Both the position numbers and the translations under genes were made by a program. Below, piece by piece: positions 50,908 to 59,158 of a stretch of 64,000 nucleotides of DNA. The stretch comes from Actinobacteria bacterium HGW-Actinobacteria-7. Its GTDB lineage: Bacteria; Actinomycetota; Coriobacteriia; Anaerosomatales; PHET01. The notes beneath the pieces were generated by a model that saw only the letters and a list, made by a program, of their open reading frames with translations, made no database searches and was not told where the DNA came from. The stretch covers positions 11,873-75,872 of the forward strand of contig PHET01000004.1 in assembly GCA_002841275.1 (NCBI GenBank), written 5' to 3'. The stretch's first letter is position 1, and each line of letters opens with the position of its first letter.

Positions 50908-51231
50908 TCAGACCAAGTCGTCCTCAGTCAGTTCACCTAAAGCGTCTAGATACTCAATACGATGCTTGTCAGCCTGCTCGTAGATACTTGCTAGTAATCC
51001 AGCGACTACGACGGCTTGTTGCTGGATGTCGACCATCGCGTCGGCAAAGTCCTCGCGGTCATCTGCTATGCCAGCAGCCAATTTGCCGAGTTCTGCGACA
51101 GCGACAGCAAGCAGTAGGCTCGGCAGTTTGTTGTTCTCAAAGTCGTCACCCCATTTGGCAAGTGCTTCTAGACGCTCTTGTTCTACAAGAGCCAAGAACT
51201 CTTCAAGGATTGGCGAGTATGTGTCAGTCAT
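50908..51231 (-). CDS. MazG-like all-alpha NTP pyrophosphatase, degenerate
   Basis: ER..A..KWG..LLLAVAVAELGKLA..QAVVVAG; usual EE.GE acidic residues partly lost. Confidence 0.5.
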   Translation of the reverse strand: MTDTYSPILEEFLALVEQERLEALAKWGDDFENNKLPSLLLAVAVAELGKLAAGIADDREDFADAMVDIQQQAVVVAGLLASIYEQADKHRIEYLDALGELTEDDLV

Positions 51232-51245
51232 CGTTCTCACTCTCT

Positions 51246-52157
51246 CTACTCGTAGACGTAATCTAGGTAGATGCTCTCAACATCAAATAGACCGCTAGCA
51301 ACGCACTCTGCTTCCAATCGCACAGCCAAAGCGTCTCTAACGGATGGGTTAGACAAATCAAATCCAGCGTCAGAAGGGATGGTCATTCTGTAGGTGTGAT
51401 ACAGCGCGTCACTAGGAACATCCAAGAACCACCACGCGATAACATCCGTAGATGTCTCGGCGCTGACAGTCAGGGTTCGTGAAGGCAATGGTGCGACGGC
51501 AGCACGAACGACCACGACAATATCTAGTCTGCGGAATGCGCCTGGGTAGCCTGCTGGAATGACGTCTGGGTCACTCGCAAAATCTAATGTTAGGTTGCCG
51601 CCGAGTTCACGGGCGCGAACCTTGACGTTATCTGTTGTCCACAGCAACGGTGCCCAGTCATTGACATTCCAGTTGTCTGTAAGCGTCGGGGCAAACCACA
51701 GGCTCGTGCCGAGTTCATCAGGTATTAGTTGTGATGCTGGGCTACCCGTAACCCGTAGTTCAGAGTGATATTCAACGACGGTCACCGTAATCTCGTTCAA
51801 TACAGAGTCGGTAATCGTGTAGGTATTCACTCCCTGTTCTGGCGTCACGATTAGGTAGTAATCCTCAATCGCATCAGCGAGAGTATTAGTTCCATCCGTG
51901 ACCGTGAATGGTGCTATACCACCAGACCACGAGATTGTGTAAGTGCCATCACCGTTGTCTACGGGCGCATCACTAACAAGAGTTCCGCCAACATTGTCTG
52001 TGGCTGCTGTTGTAATAAGTGCCTCTGCGACTTGGATATGCTTGGCGTTCATCGTATTGCCGAGGTAGCCAAGACCTAGAGTCACAGCCAGCGCTCCAGC
52101 CACAATCAAGATGATGTATTCAACATTGACGGCTGCCCTGCGTTCTACATAAAACAT
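51246..52157 (-). CDS. Second Flp-type prepilin fusion protein with a different C-terminal domain
   Basis: ERRA/AVNVEYIIL..ALAVTLG..KHIQVAEAL; DNGDGTYTISWSGG. Confidence 0.75.
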   Translation of the reverse strand: MFYVERRAAVNVEYIILIVAGALAVTLGLGYLGNTMNAKHIQVAEALITTAATDNVGGTLVSDAPVDNGDGTYTISWSGGIAPFTVTDGTNTLADAIEDYYLIVTPEQGVNTYTITDSVLNEITVTVVEYHSELRVTGSPASQLIPDELGTSLWFAPTLTDNWNVNDWAPLLWTTDNVKVRARELGGNLTLDFASDPDVIPAGYPGAFRRLDIVVVVRAAVAPLPSRTLTVSAETSTDVIAWWFLDVPSDALYHTYRMTIPSDAGFDLSNPSVRDALAVRLEAECVASGLFDVESIYLDYVYE

Positions 52158-52182
52158 CACGAACATCCCCCTTGCTCGGCAG

Positions 52183-52689
52183 TTACTCACTGCGTTTGTC
52201 CTGTATCTCAATCACGACTGTCGCGTGTTGTTCATCAGAGGTAACGACCGTCACCTCTAGGTCGGCATCAATGAATGACGGGAACTTGAAGCCAATCATC
52301 TGAGAGACTGCCATTCCGATACGACGGGTTGCGAGGTCAACTACCTGCTTCACAACACGCTCGTCATAGATGGTCTGGGCGGCACCCGACGAATACCAGA
52401 CACGGCACAAGCGGTCGGCTTTGAGGTGGTATTCAAAGCGGTAGTGTCCGTCAGAGACAGTCGGTGGCTCACCATCAATACCTATGGTCTGACCGTTGTA
52501 GGGTTTGCCATTGGCATCAACGAGAATATGGGCACCCGCACCGAATGCATCGTGAAGGTCTTCCTTCAGACGACGACCGATATTCAGGTGGTTGCTGACA
52601 TAGTCGCCACTGATTGAAGTAGCATAGAGATAGACCTTACTCTTTACAGTCTTATCTTTTATAACTGGTTTGATAATCGCAGTTGCCAT
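52183..52689 (-). CDS. Hypothetical protein heading the pilin operon
   Basis: AAGGGG RBS, start MATAII at 52689; AT-rich promoter region upstream. Confidence 0.6.
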   Translation of the reverse strand: MATAIIKPVIKDKTVKSKVYLYATSISGDYVSNHLNIGRRLKEDLHDAFGAGAHILVDANGKPYNGQTIGIDGEPPTVSDGHYRFEYHLKADRLCRVWYSSGAAQTIYDERVVKQVVDLATRRIGMAVSQMIGFKFPSFIDADLEVTVVTSDEQHATVVIEIQDKRSE

Positions 52690-52877
52690 CGGTGTTACCC
52701 CCTTAAGAGTAACCCTACTACGATAATATACTATAGCAAGTATATGCAAGTGTTTATCGCTATACGGTATGATTATTCGGTGAGTGGTAGGAGTACGTTA
52801 AGTGATTAGATAGCACACTACTTTGATTGTTCAATTGAATACCGCTATTTGCCGTGCGATAATGAGAACAGCAACAA

Positions 52878-53035
52878 AGAAGGGCTGTAGCGGTAACTAC
52901 AACCCTTCTCGTAGTCCCAGCGAGGGGACTTATTCCGACGGCTCGGTCTTTTCAGCGGCACCACCCCTCGCGGGGCTACTCACTTCGTCGGGTAGTGAGC
53001 CTTTATCGTCTGGTCGTGCCGACCATCGACGTCTT
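52878..53035 (-). ncRNA. Putative TnpB omegaRNA (reRNA) plus terminator
   Basis: Overlaps the tnpB 3' end; CTCACT/AGTGAG hairpin whose loop (52986-52991) is complementary to 52935-52940 (pseudoknot); hairpin 52913-52930; terminator-like hairpin 52878-52909 with U-rich tail on minus. Boundaries approximate. Confidence 0.6.
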
Positions 53036-54199
53036 ACCTCTGACAGCGATGTTCTTGGCGCTGTTCAAATCCCTATCCATCACCAACCCACACTTCGGGC
53101 ATTCATAGACCCTGTCTTGCTTCGCCATCTCTTTGATATGACCGCACGAGGAACAAGTCATCGTGGTGTAAGCAGGGTTTACTGTCTTGACCGTCGCCCC
53201 GTTGTCAGCCGCTCTTCCTCTGTCGGTCAACGCCCTTCTCAGGTTGTTCACGGCTACCTTCTTCCAGCCGTGGTAATCCTTGAAGCCGTCCCGCAAGTCC
53301 ATATCCTCAAAGAAGATGTGTTTGGCACCCAGCGACACGACGAAGCGAACAATCACAAGGTGGTGTTCCTTGATGATATTGGCTCTGCGTCCCTTCGCTC
53401 TCTCAAGCAATCGCAGTAGTTCACGATGCCTACGGCTTCCGTAAGTGATGTTGCCTTCGTCCAGCAGCCGCCTGTAATAGCGTATGTCTCTGTCGGCTGC
53501 TGATGTATCAGGAAGGTCAAAGACCATTCCTTCGCCAGTGCCATCGTCAGCAAGGTAGTAGACCGCACAAGTGTTACTAGTGTTGATGTCTATCCCGATG
53601 ACCCCAGAACCCTTCTTGGTTATCTGTGCCTTCGATATCTCATACGACACGGACACATCCCAGCGACCCTCTTCAATCCTCTGGATGACAACCGCCTTGG
53701 CTGTGAATTCACCAGATAATCCACCGAAGTCAAAGTCCTTGATGCGGGAACGCAGGACTCCAACAATCGGGACTTCTATGAACCCGACACCGAGAACACA
53801 GTCACTCGCTTTGAACTGGATGCTCGGATGCTCAACCTTCGGCTTGCGTTTGGGCGTTCTCGCTTTGGTGCTGTGGCTCTTGGAATATCTGTTATAGGCA
53901 TCGCGGCATCTCTCAACACCGACGCTCACCTCTTCACGACAAACAAGAAGACCCTCGTCTGATTTGATTAACTCAGCGAGGGTCTCATTCTTGGCGCGGG
54001 CAGCAAGAGTAGGAACCTCGGCTAATCGTGCCTCTAGGTCTCTATTGCTCTGGAACCTCTGCTCGGCATCCCACAACTTCACGCGATTATCGTGGGCGAA
54101 GTTATAGCCAAGGCGAACAAGATAGGACAACGCGAGCAGTTGTCTATCCTGCGTGCGGTTCACTCGCACTCTCACTGATTGTTGATGTCGTCTTGCCAT
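53003..54199 (-). CDS. tnpB: RNA-guided endonuclease TnpB family
   Basis: RuvC I GIDIN, RuvC II FFEDM, VNPAYTT.TCSSCG..CPKCG Zn finger, RuvC III DRDLNSAKNI; all three acidic residues present. Confidence 0.93.
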   Translation of the reverse strand: MARRHQQSVRVRVNRTQDRQLLALSYLVRLGYNFAHDNRVKLWDAEQRFQSNRDLEARLAEVPTLAARAKNETLAELIKSDEGLLVCREEVSVGVERCRDAYNRYSKSHSTKARTPKRKPKVEHPSIQFKASDCVLGVGFIEVPIVGVLRSRIKDFDFGGLSGEFTAKAVVIQRIEEGRWDVSVSYEISKAQITKKGSGVIGIDINTSNTCAVYYLADDGTGEGMVFDLPDTSAADRDIRYYRRLLDEGNITYGSRRHRELLRLLERAKGRRANIIKEHHLVIVRFVVSLGAKHIFFEDMDLRDGFKDYHGWKKVAVNNLRRALTDRGRAADNGATVKTVNPAYTTMTCSSCGHIKEMAKQDRVYECPKCGLVMDRDLNSAKNIAVRGKTSMVGTTRR

Positions 54200-54252
54200 T
54201 TGTGACCGCCCCTTCCCCCGAAGTCCTCGGTCACGAGGAATGTTGGAAGAGG

Positions 54253-54852
54253 TTACTTCTGCTGCTTCTTCTCGGTGTCCACGACCGCGACAATCACGAA
54301 CTTTGGTTCACCATCCGAGCCGATGTTCAGCATCTTCGTTTGACCTGTATGGACGCCGTAATTCCTGTCGTCCGCTGTTGGAACACACGGGACACCCAGA
54401 CGAACGCCGACACCAGAGCGGAAGGTCTTCACCGTCATCTGGATGTTCAGAGGCTCGCTCACCTTGTTTATCTTCGGTGTCGCCAAATCCTCGTCCAAAT
54501 CCACGCCGTCACCGAGTGAATACTGAACATCGATGTCTGCTGCGATATCAGACATCACGCGGTTTATCGCCAAATAGATGTAGCGACGCGGGATAGCAGC
54601 CGCCTGCTGCTTCTTGCCTTTGTGCTTCCCGCTCTCGGGGACATAGTCAACTTGCTCATTGAAGCGCTCATTCTCTTTATCTAGAACGGCAGAGGTTACT
54701 GCCTTCTCATCTGGTAGACCCGTTTGCGCCATCTTACGAACCAAATCCGCTATGTCATTACACAGGTTCCTATAATCACTTTGTAATCCAGTGAGCGCGA
54801 ATAAGTCCTCATACTTCTGAGGTTCCAACTTGTAATGAACGATACTAGTCAT
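54253..54852 (-). CDS. TnpB/Cas12f N-terminal-lobe-like protein (WED-REC) without RuvC
   Basis: MTSIVHYKLEP..L..LQSDYRNLCN; IPRRYIYLAINRV; terminal beta strands KFVIVAVVDTE; resemblance judged by eye. Confidence 0.5.
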   Translation of the reverse strand: MTSIVHYKLEPQKYEDLFALTGLQSDYRNLCNDIADLVRKMAQTGLPDEKAVTSAVLDKENERFNEQVDYVPESGKHKGKKQQAAAIPRRYIYLAINRVMSDIAADIDVQYSLGDGVDLDEDLATPKINKVSEPLNIQMTVKTFRSGVGVRLGVPCVPTADDRNYGVHTGQTKMLNIGSDGEPKFVIVAVVDTEKKQQK

Positions 54853-54921
54853 TGTCGTTATCCTATCCTCTTGTGCCTACGCTTAAAGGTATCGGCAACT
54901 GTTGAGATAACTTGACAGGTA

Positions 54922-55120
54922 TTTTGCCGCAGTAGAGGAAGCCCGCTAAAGACCTTAAGGTCTTAAGACCCTTAATATTTAGAACGTTATGAGAGAACCA
55001 AAGGTTCTCTCTCATAAAGATGTCTTGATATATAGAGACTGCGGCAAAACGCTTTAAGCGTCTTTGCCGCAACAGAATGTTCCTATGCTTCGCGCCCGTT
55101 TGTTGCTTCGCAACGGGCGC
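54922..55120. other. Dense cluster of inverted repeats (structured leader/ncRNA or origin)
   Basis: IRs at 54922-33/55038-49, 54949-64 (perfect palindrome), 54987-55017, 55041-70, 55092-55120. Confidence 0.6.
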
Positions 55121-55620
55121 TTGTGATGAGCAGATGTGGATAGATAATGTCACCGCTGAATTCCTACAAGAATGTCATCCACCGATACGAACTATCTAGC
55201 AGGGCGTGGGTTACGACTTCCTATGGACGGACATCACACCTACGAACTATTTGTTGTGGATAGATAGAACGTCAGAATGACCTTCCCTGATATACACGGG
55301 CGCGGGAATGCCAACTCTTCTCTCACTACAAAGGTCTTAAGGGATTGAACGGGTGAACCGCCAGAGCATCCCAGTGGAACTCTGTTCTACGTTCTTAGTC
55401 TGCGGCGGCGGAATTCTGTTGCGGCTGGGTCGGTGGCGGCTCGTATTGGCAAATCGCTTACGAACCTTGTTCGGACGAGCATTTGTCCACCGAACCGCTT
55501 ACCTCAAGGATTTACTAATAGGAACGCTTGAACACGGGGACATTTGCTGCTGCCTAACAACCGCGTCGTCACCGTAGCCCGATTATCACCAGATATCTGA
55601 TGGGTTCTGGATGGTTCGGT

Positions 55621-55660
55621 GAAGGCTCCACGTCATCAAGGAAGGCACCACATCATCAAG
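55621..55660 (+). repeat. Tandem 20-bp direct repeat
   Basis: GAAGGCTCCACGTCATCAAG / GAAGGCACCACATCATCAAG (2 mismatches). Confidence 0.7.
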
Positions 55661-56332
55661 AACCGTCTGGTAGTTATCCGTCCTCTTGCTAGTAGAACGG
55701 GCGGAAGGCAAACACCGTGTAGTTGATGAATGGGCTTCACTCGTCTTGATGACCCGATGTCTCTTGCCGTTACTAGAACGCGCTACCTCAGAAGTTCCTT
55801 ATCTATCGTGTCGTTCTAGTGGTTCGTGGGCGGATATACCGACCGCACCACCTAACTCAAGGAATTCCCAATACAGAACAAGCCACAGAGCCTATTAGAT
55901 GTGGGCTGCTGTCGGGTTGTGTGGAATGACTGGGTACTCTCGCTGACCCTAAAGTCTTGAACGAGGGTGACCACTATCATCCATCGTTCGTCTGACTACT
56001 TCTCCGCTGACTTCAGAGTGCCGAATTCCGCGACCTCACCAAATCCGCTGTCTCGTTCTGACCTAACAGATGCGTCCTCGTCTCGCTGGATGACCTAAAC
56101 GGGGCGGACGTGACACCACGCGATGCGACAACCAGGTCTACCTCATCGGCGTTATCTCTACATCGCTGTGTTGATAGATAACACACGTATCTATGTTGTC
56201 TACTAGACATTATCCCAACGCTGTATTACACCCTCATGCTGTACTTTACCGTTTAGCAGATTATACTACCGTTCAGCATATCACTATACAGTTATATACA
56301 GAATATGCCGATTAAGAAGGTACAAGGCAAGA

Positions 56333-56998
56333 ATGAGTGTGGGGACACTTACGATGGCGAAGAGGGTACGGGTTTACGGCGTAGCGATAATGGTAGTAGT
56401 AATCACTATCGTCGTTATCAACAGCATCTTGACAACAGTAAAGACGCACGACGCGGCAATGACCATCAAAAGCAATATGACGGGTGTTCCTGCCTACCAA
56501 GTAGCGAACCTCGGTCGTTGGCACGGAAGTCTTCCAATGGCGAGAACCACCATCACCACAACCACCGTTGATATGAAGAACAACGATTACGCGGCTGCGT
56601 ATGACGAAGAAGCCGTTGGTGGCTACCTCTGGGGAACTGGCGAGATTGTAGTGAAGCCGCAAGCCTCACAAATGGTTCTGGCGCACGAATACGGACACGC
56701 ACTCACAGCCGACGCACTTACGGTCTACGAGAACGGCGATATGACAGCCGCGACGAACGTTCTGTTTGACGAGGTTCTGGACTTCAACAGGACAAGCGAT
56801 GTGCGCGAACTACCAGCGCAACTGCGCGATGTCGCAGCCGAGTATCAATCGGTAGACCCAGACATCTACGGAAGCACCTACTACACCGAACGACTTACTG
56901 AATATCTCGCTCAATCATTTGCGCGTTACACAGCAGGGCAAACTGTTCCACCCGTCGTTGGGGAATGGCTGGCGGAACTTGATGGCGAGGGGCGATAA
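56333..56998 (+). CDS. Membrane-anchored Zn metallopeptidase (ATLF/Pro-Pro endopeptidase-like)
   Basis: N-terminal TM; GGY, VLAHEYGHA, Y..TEYLAQSFARY. Confidence 0.75.
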   Translation: MSVGTLTMAKRVRVYGVAIMVVVITIVVINSILTTVKTHDAAMTIKSNMTGVPAYQVANLGRWHGSLPMARTTITTTTVDMKNNDYAAAYDEEAVGGYLWGTGEIVVKPQASQMVLAHEYGHALTADALTVYENGDMTAATNVLFDEVLDFNRTSDVRELPAQLRDVAAEYQSVDPDIYGSTYYTERLTEYLAQSFARYTAGQTVPPVVGEWLAELDGEGR

Positions 56999-57000
56999 CG

Positions 57001-57111
57001 ATGGCGAAGTTCAACGCACGAGAAGCAATGCTGGCACTACGGGCAGACAAAGTGGCTGCTCGCTACGTCAACGAGAAGACCCTTCGCCGCTTGGCGAAGT
57101 TCTACCGATAG
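57001..57111 (+). CDS. Small basic peptide (36 aa)
   Basis: GAGGGG RBS; MAKFNAREAMLALRADKVAARYVNEKTLRRLAKFYR; fills the operon gap. Confidence 0.45.
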   Translation: MAKFNAREAMLALRADKVAARYVNEKTLRRLAKFYR

Positions 57112-57121
57112 GAGCAGGACA

Positions 57122-57406
57122 ATGAACACCAAGACCAACGAATACTACGACAGCACTCACGAGTGTGAGTTCGGCTATGTCGGTCACGACTACTTCCTCA
57201 AGACGACAGTGGATGCCGCGATAGCAGACGGACGTGATAGCAGCCGAGTGATGATTGGTTGTTCGGATTGTCATATGACTGGCTTCACCACTATGGCGAG
57301 TATCGCCGCATCTGACGTTGTAGCGCTGGAAGACAGCGAAGCCACGACGGGACTTGCGCGAGGTATTGGTGGGTTCTTCGCCACGATGTCCGAGTTCGAC
57401 AAATAG
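57122..57406 (+). CDS. Small hypothetical protein (possible Zn-binding)
   Basis: AGGAG RBS; HEC..H..CSDC. Confidence 0.55.
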   Translation: MNTKTNEYYDSTHECEFGYVGHDYFLKTTVDAAIADGRDSSRVMIGCSDCHMTGFTTMASIAASDVVALEDSEATTGLARGIGGFFATMSEFDK

Positions 57407-57416
57407 GAGCAGGACG

Positions 57417-57590
57417 ATGCAGGTCGACATCTTCAGCACTGAGGACAAGAAGGCAGTAGTGCCTGATATCTACGAGTGCGATGACTGTGGCGAGATATTC
57501 ACGCCAGAACAAGTTGCCGCCCGTGGCGTCAAGGACTGCCCCGATTGTATTGATGGTGAGTTACAGCCCAAATATTTGCCTGAACTGTAG
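57417..57590 (+). CDS. Small Zn-ribbon protein
   Basis: YECDDCGEIF..CPDC..GEL. Confidence 0.65.
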   Translation: MQVDIFSTEDKKAVVPDIYECDDCGEIFTPEQVAARGVKDCPDCIDGELQPKYLPEL

Positions 57591-57637
57591 ATACGGAACA
57601 ACTCGCCTCTTGGGGCGATAGAAGAAGGAGTAAGACA

Positions 57638-58573
57638 ATGAGTGGTTCAACCTACAAACAGCAACACAGCACTACATCACGACAAGACTTATCTGCTGCC
57701 AAGTCAACGGCAGAACTTCTCAGGGACATCTCTGACGAAGACCCGACTGTTCGGGCATTGGTCACCGCCCTCAATGACGGCGAATACAGAGACCGTATGC
57801 CGAACAACCGCACTCTGAGAGTGACGGCGCAGAAGATTGTTGATACCGCCGCTGAACTCAAGAAGTTCGGTCTGGCAGTCCAAGTCAAGAACTACCAGCC
57901 TTACCCGAACGCAGCCTACAAGCGTCTGTATCTGCGAACCACGGAAGACATCGCTCGTGATGAGGCTGCTGAGAATATCACCCTGAAGGAAGCCGCCAAG
58001 ATGGTCGGCACGAGCGTTCAGGGTCTCTTGGCTCAATACATCAATACCCGTCGTTGGGATTGCCCAGATGGGATTAAGGGCGAGAAGACTGACAAGGGCT
58101 GGCGTGTCAGTCGGTCGTCTGTTGAGGCATATCTCAAGAGGAACACGCCGACTGACGGGGATGCCGAGCAGGACAACCTAGCCGACGGATGTATTGACTT
58201 CGTTGAATACCAGTATCTTGACGGTCGCATCTACACCCCGATGAGCCATCGCACCTGTCGTGACTTGTGTGACGCGCTGCTCGTATCAGCACAAGAGCAT
58301 CACGCATCGCCAGACGAGCCTGTGTTGGCGAAGTTGGAATGGGACTTCAGGCAGGTAGAGCAGGATTACGACCGCTGGGAGAGAGGCGTCTATCGGACGG
58401 CGTCACAGGCGATACTGCCTGACGATGCTTCCTTTGAAGAGCATGACGCCGCGAGAGGACAAATATCCGCTGCCTACAAAGCCGCTCGGGATGCCGACCC
58501 TTACTACAAAGAGTATCTGGCGAAGAGTGCCGTGTTGAAGGCGGCTATCAATGCGAAGAACGGTCGTGACTAG
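57638..58573 (+). CDS. Hypothetical protein with internal HTH_17
   Basis: AAGGAG RBS; ITLKEAAKMVG..GEKTDKGWRVSRSSVEAYL. Confidence 0.7.
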   Translation: MSGSTYKQQHSTTSRQDLSAAKSTAELLRDISDEDPTVRALVTALNDGEYRDRMPNNRTLRVTAQKIVDTAAELKKFGLAVQVKNYQPYPNAAYKRLYLRTTEDIARDEAAENITLKEAAKMVGTSVQGLLAQYINTRRWDCPDGIKGEKTDKGWRVSRSSVEAYLKRNTPTDGDAEQDNLADGCIDFVEYQYLDGRIYTPMSHRTCRDLCDALLVSAQEHHASPDEPVLAKLEWDFRQVEQDYDRWERGVYRTASQAILPDDASFEEHDAARGQISAAYKAARDADPYYKEYLAKSAVLKAAINAKNGRD

Positions 58574-58575
58574 CG

Positions 58576-58758
58576 ATGGATAGGTCACAAGCCCGCTTCC
58601 TCATCGGTATCCTGCTCACCCTGTTCGTCATATTCGCCGGCGGATACTTCTTCGGTATCCCAAGTCTCGTCAGAGGCGCAGCAACCTCTATGACGGGCTT
58701 TGGTATCGGTATCCTCGGTATGGCGACACTCAAGGCCATAAGAGGTAGAGCGTCGTGA
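58576..58758 (+). CDS. Small two-TM membrane protein
   Basis: Two hydrophobic helices, basic tail. Confidence 0.55.
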   Translation: MDRSQARFLIGILLTLFVIFAGGYFFGIPSLVRGAATSMTGFGIGILGMATLKAIRGRAS

Positions 58759-58838
58759 GAACGACAACCAACATAGGAACAACGAGAACCCTCGACCACA
58801 CAGTCGGGGGTTCTCCACTATTCAGAGAGGTGAGAACG

Positions 58839-59027
58839 ATGAATGACAAACTAACTATCGCCGAAGCAGCCGCACTCAAAGGCGTGACCAGAGGTCGTGT
58901 GTATCAGTGGATTTGGGCTGGACGCCTTGCTGTGGAACATCACGGTGCGCAATGCACTCTTGTCAGTCGTGATGATGTTCTAGCAATAGAACCACGACCA
59001 GCAGGTCGCCCACGCAAGTCTGCGTAA
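58839..59027 (+). CDS. HTH_17/excisionase-like protein with GRPRK tail
   Basis: LTIAEAAALKGVTRGRVYQWI..GRL..AGRPRK. Confidence 0.8.
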   Translation: MNDKLTIAEAAALKGVTRGRVYQWIWAGRLAVEHHGAQCTLVSRDDVLAIEPRPAGRPRKSA

Positions 59028-59036
59028 ACAATAAAG

Positions 59037-59069
59037 CACCCATCACTTTGATTGTCATTGTGATGGGTG
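59037..59069. terminator. Bidirectional terminator-like hairpin
   Basis: CACCCATCAC / GTGATGGGTG with AT-rich flanks, between convergent genes. Confidence 0.7.
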
Positions 59070-59158
59070 ATTTATGTTGTCATTCAATCCTTTACAGTTA
59101 AACAACAGGGTTATCATTAACGGTGGTAAGTTTGCGCAGGTCAGGATGTCTTGACACT

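Noticed and set aside
49911-52157. Diversity-generating retroelement or shufflon acting on the pilin-like genes
   Set aside because: No reverse transcriptase, TR/VR pair or inverted recombination sites; the two genes are diverged at DNA level
54253-54852. TnpA transposase call for the ORF upstream of tnpB
   Set aside because: No HUH/Tyr or serine-recombinase motifs
52700-56330. CRISPR array near tnpB (Cas12f-type locus)
   Set aside because: No regularly spaced repeat-spacer units and no cas1/cas2; only two-copy repeats
59045-59055. 11-nt match ACTTTGATTGT to the sequence at about 52820-52830 as a TnpB target
   Set aside because: Short, AT-rich, in a terminator loop, and the 52820 copy lies beyond the predicted terminator
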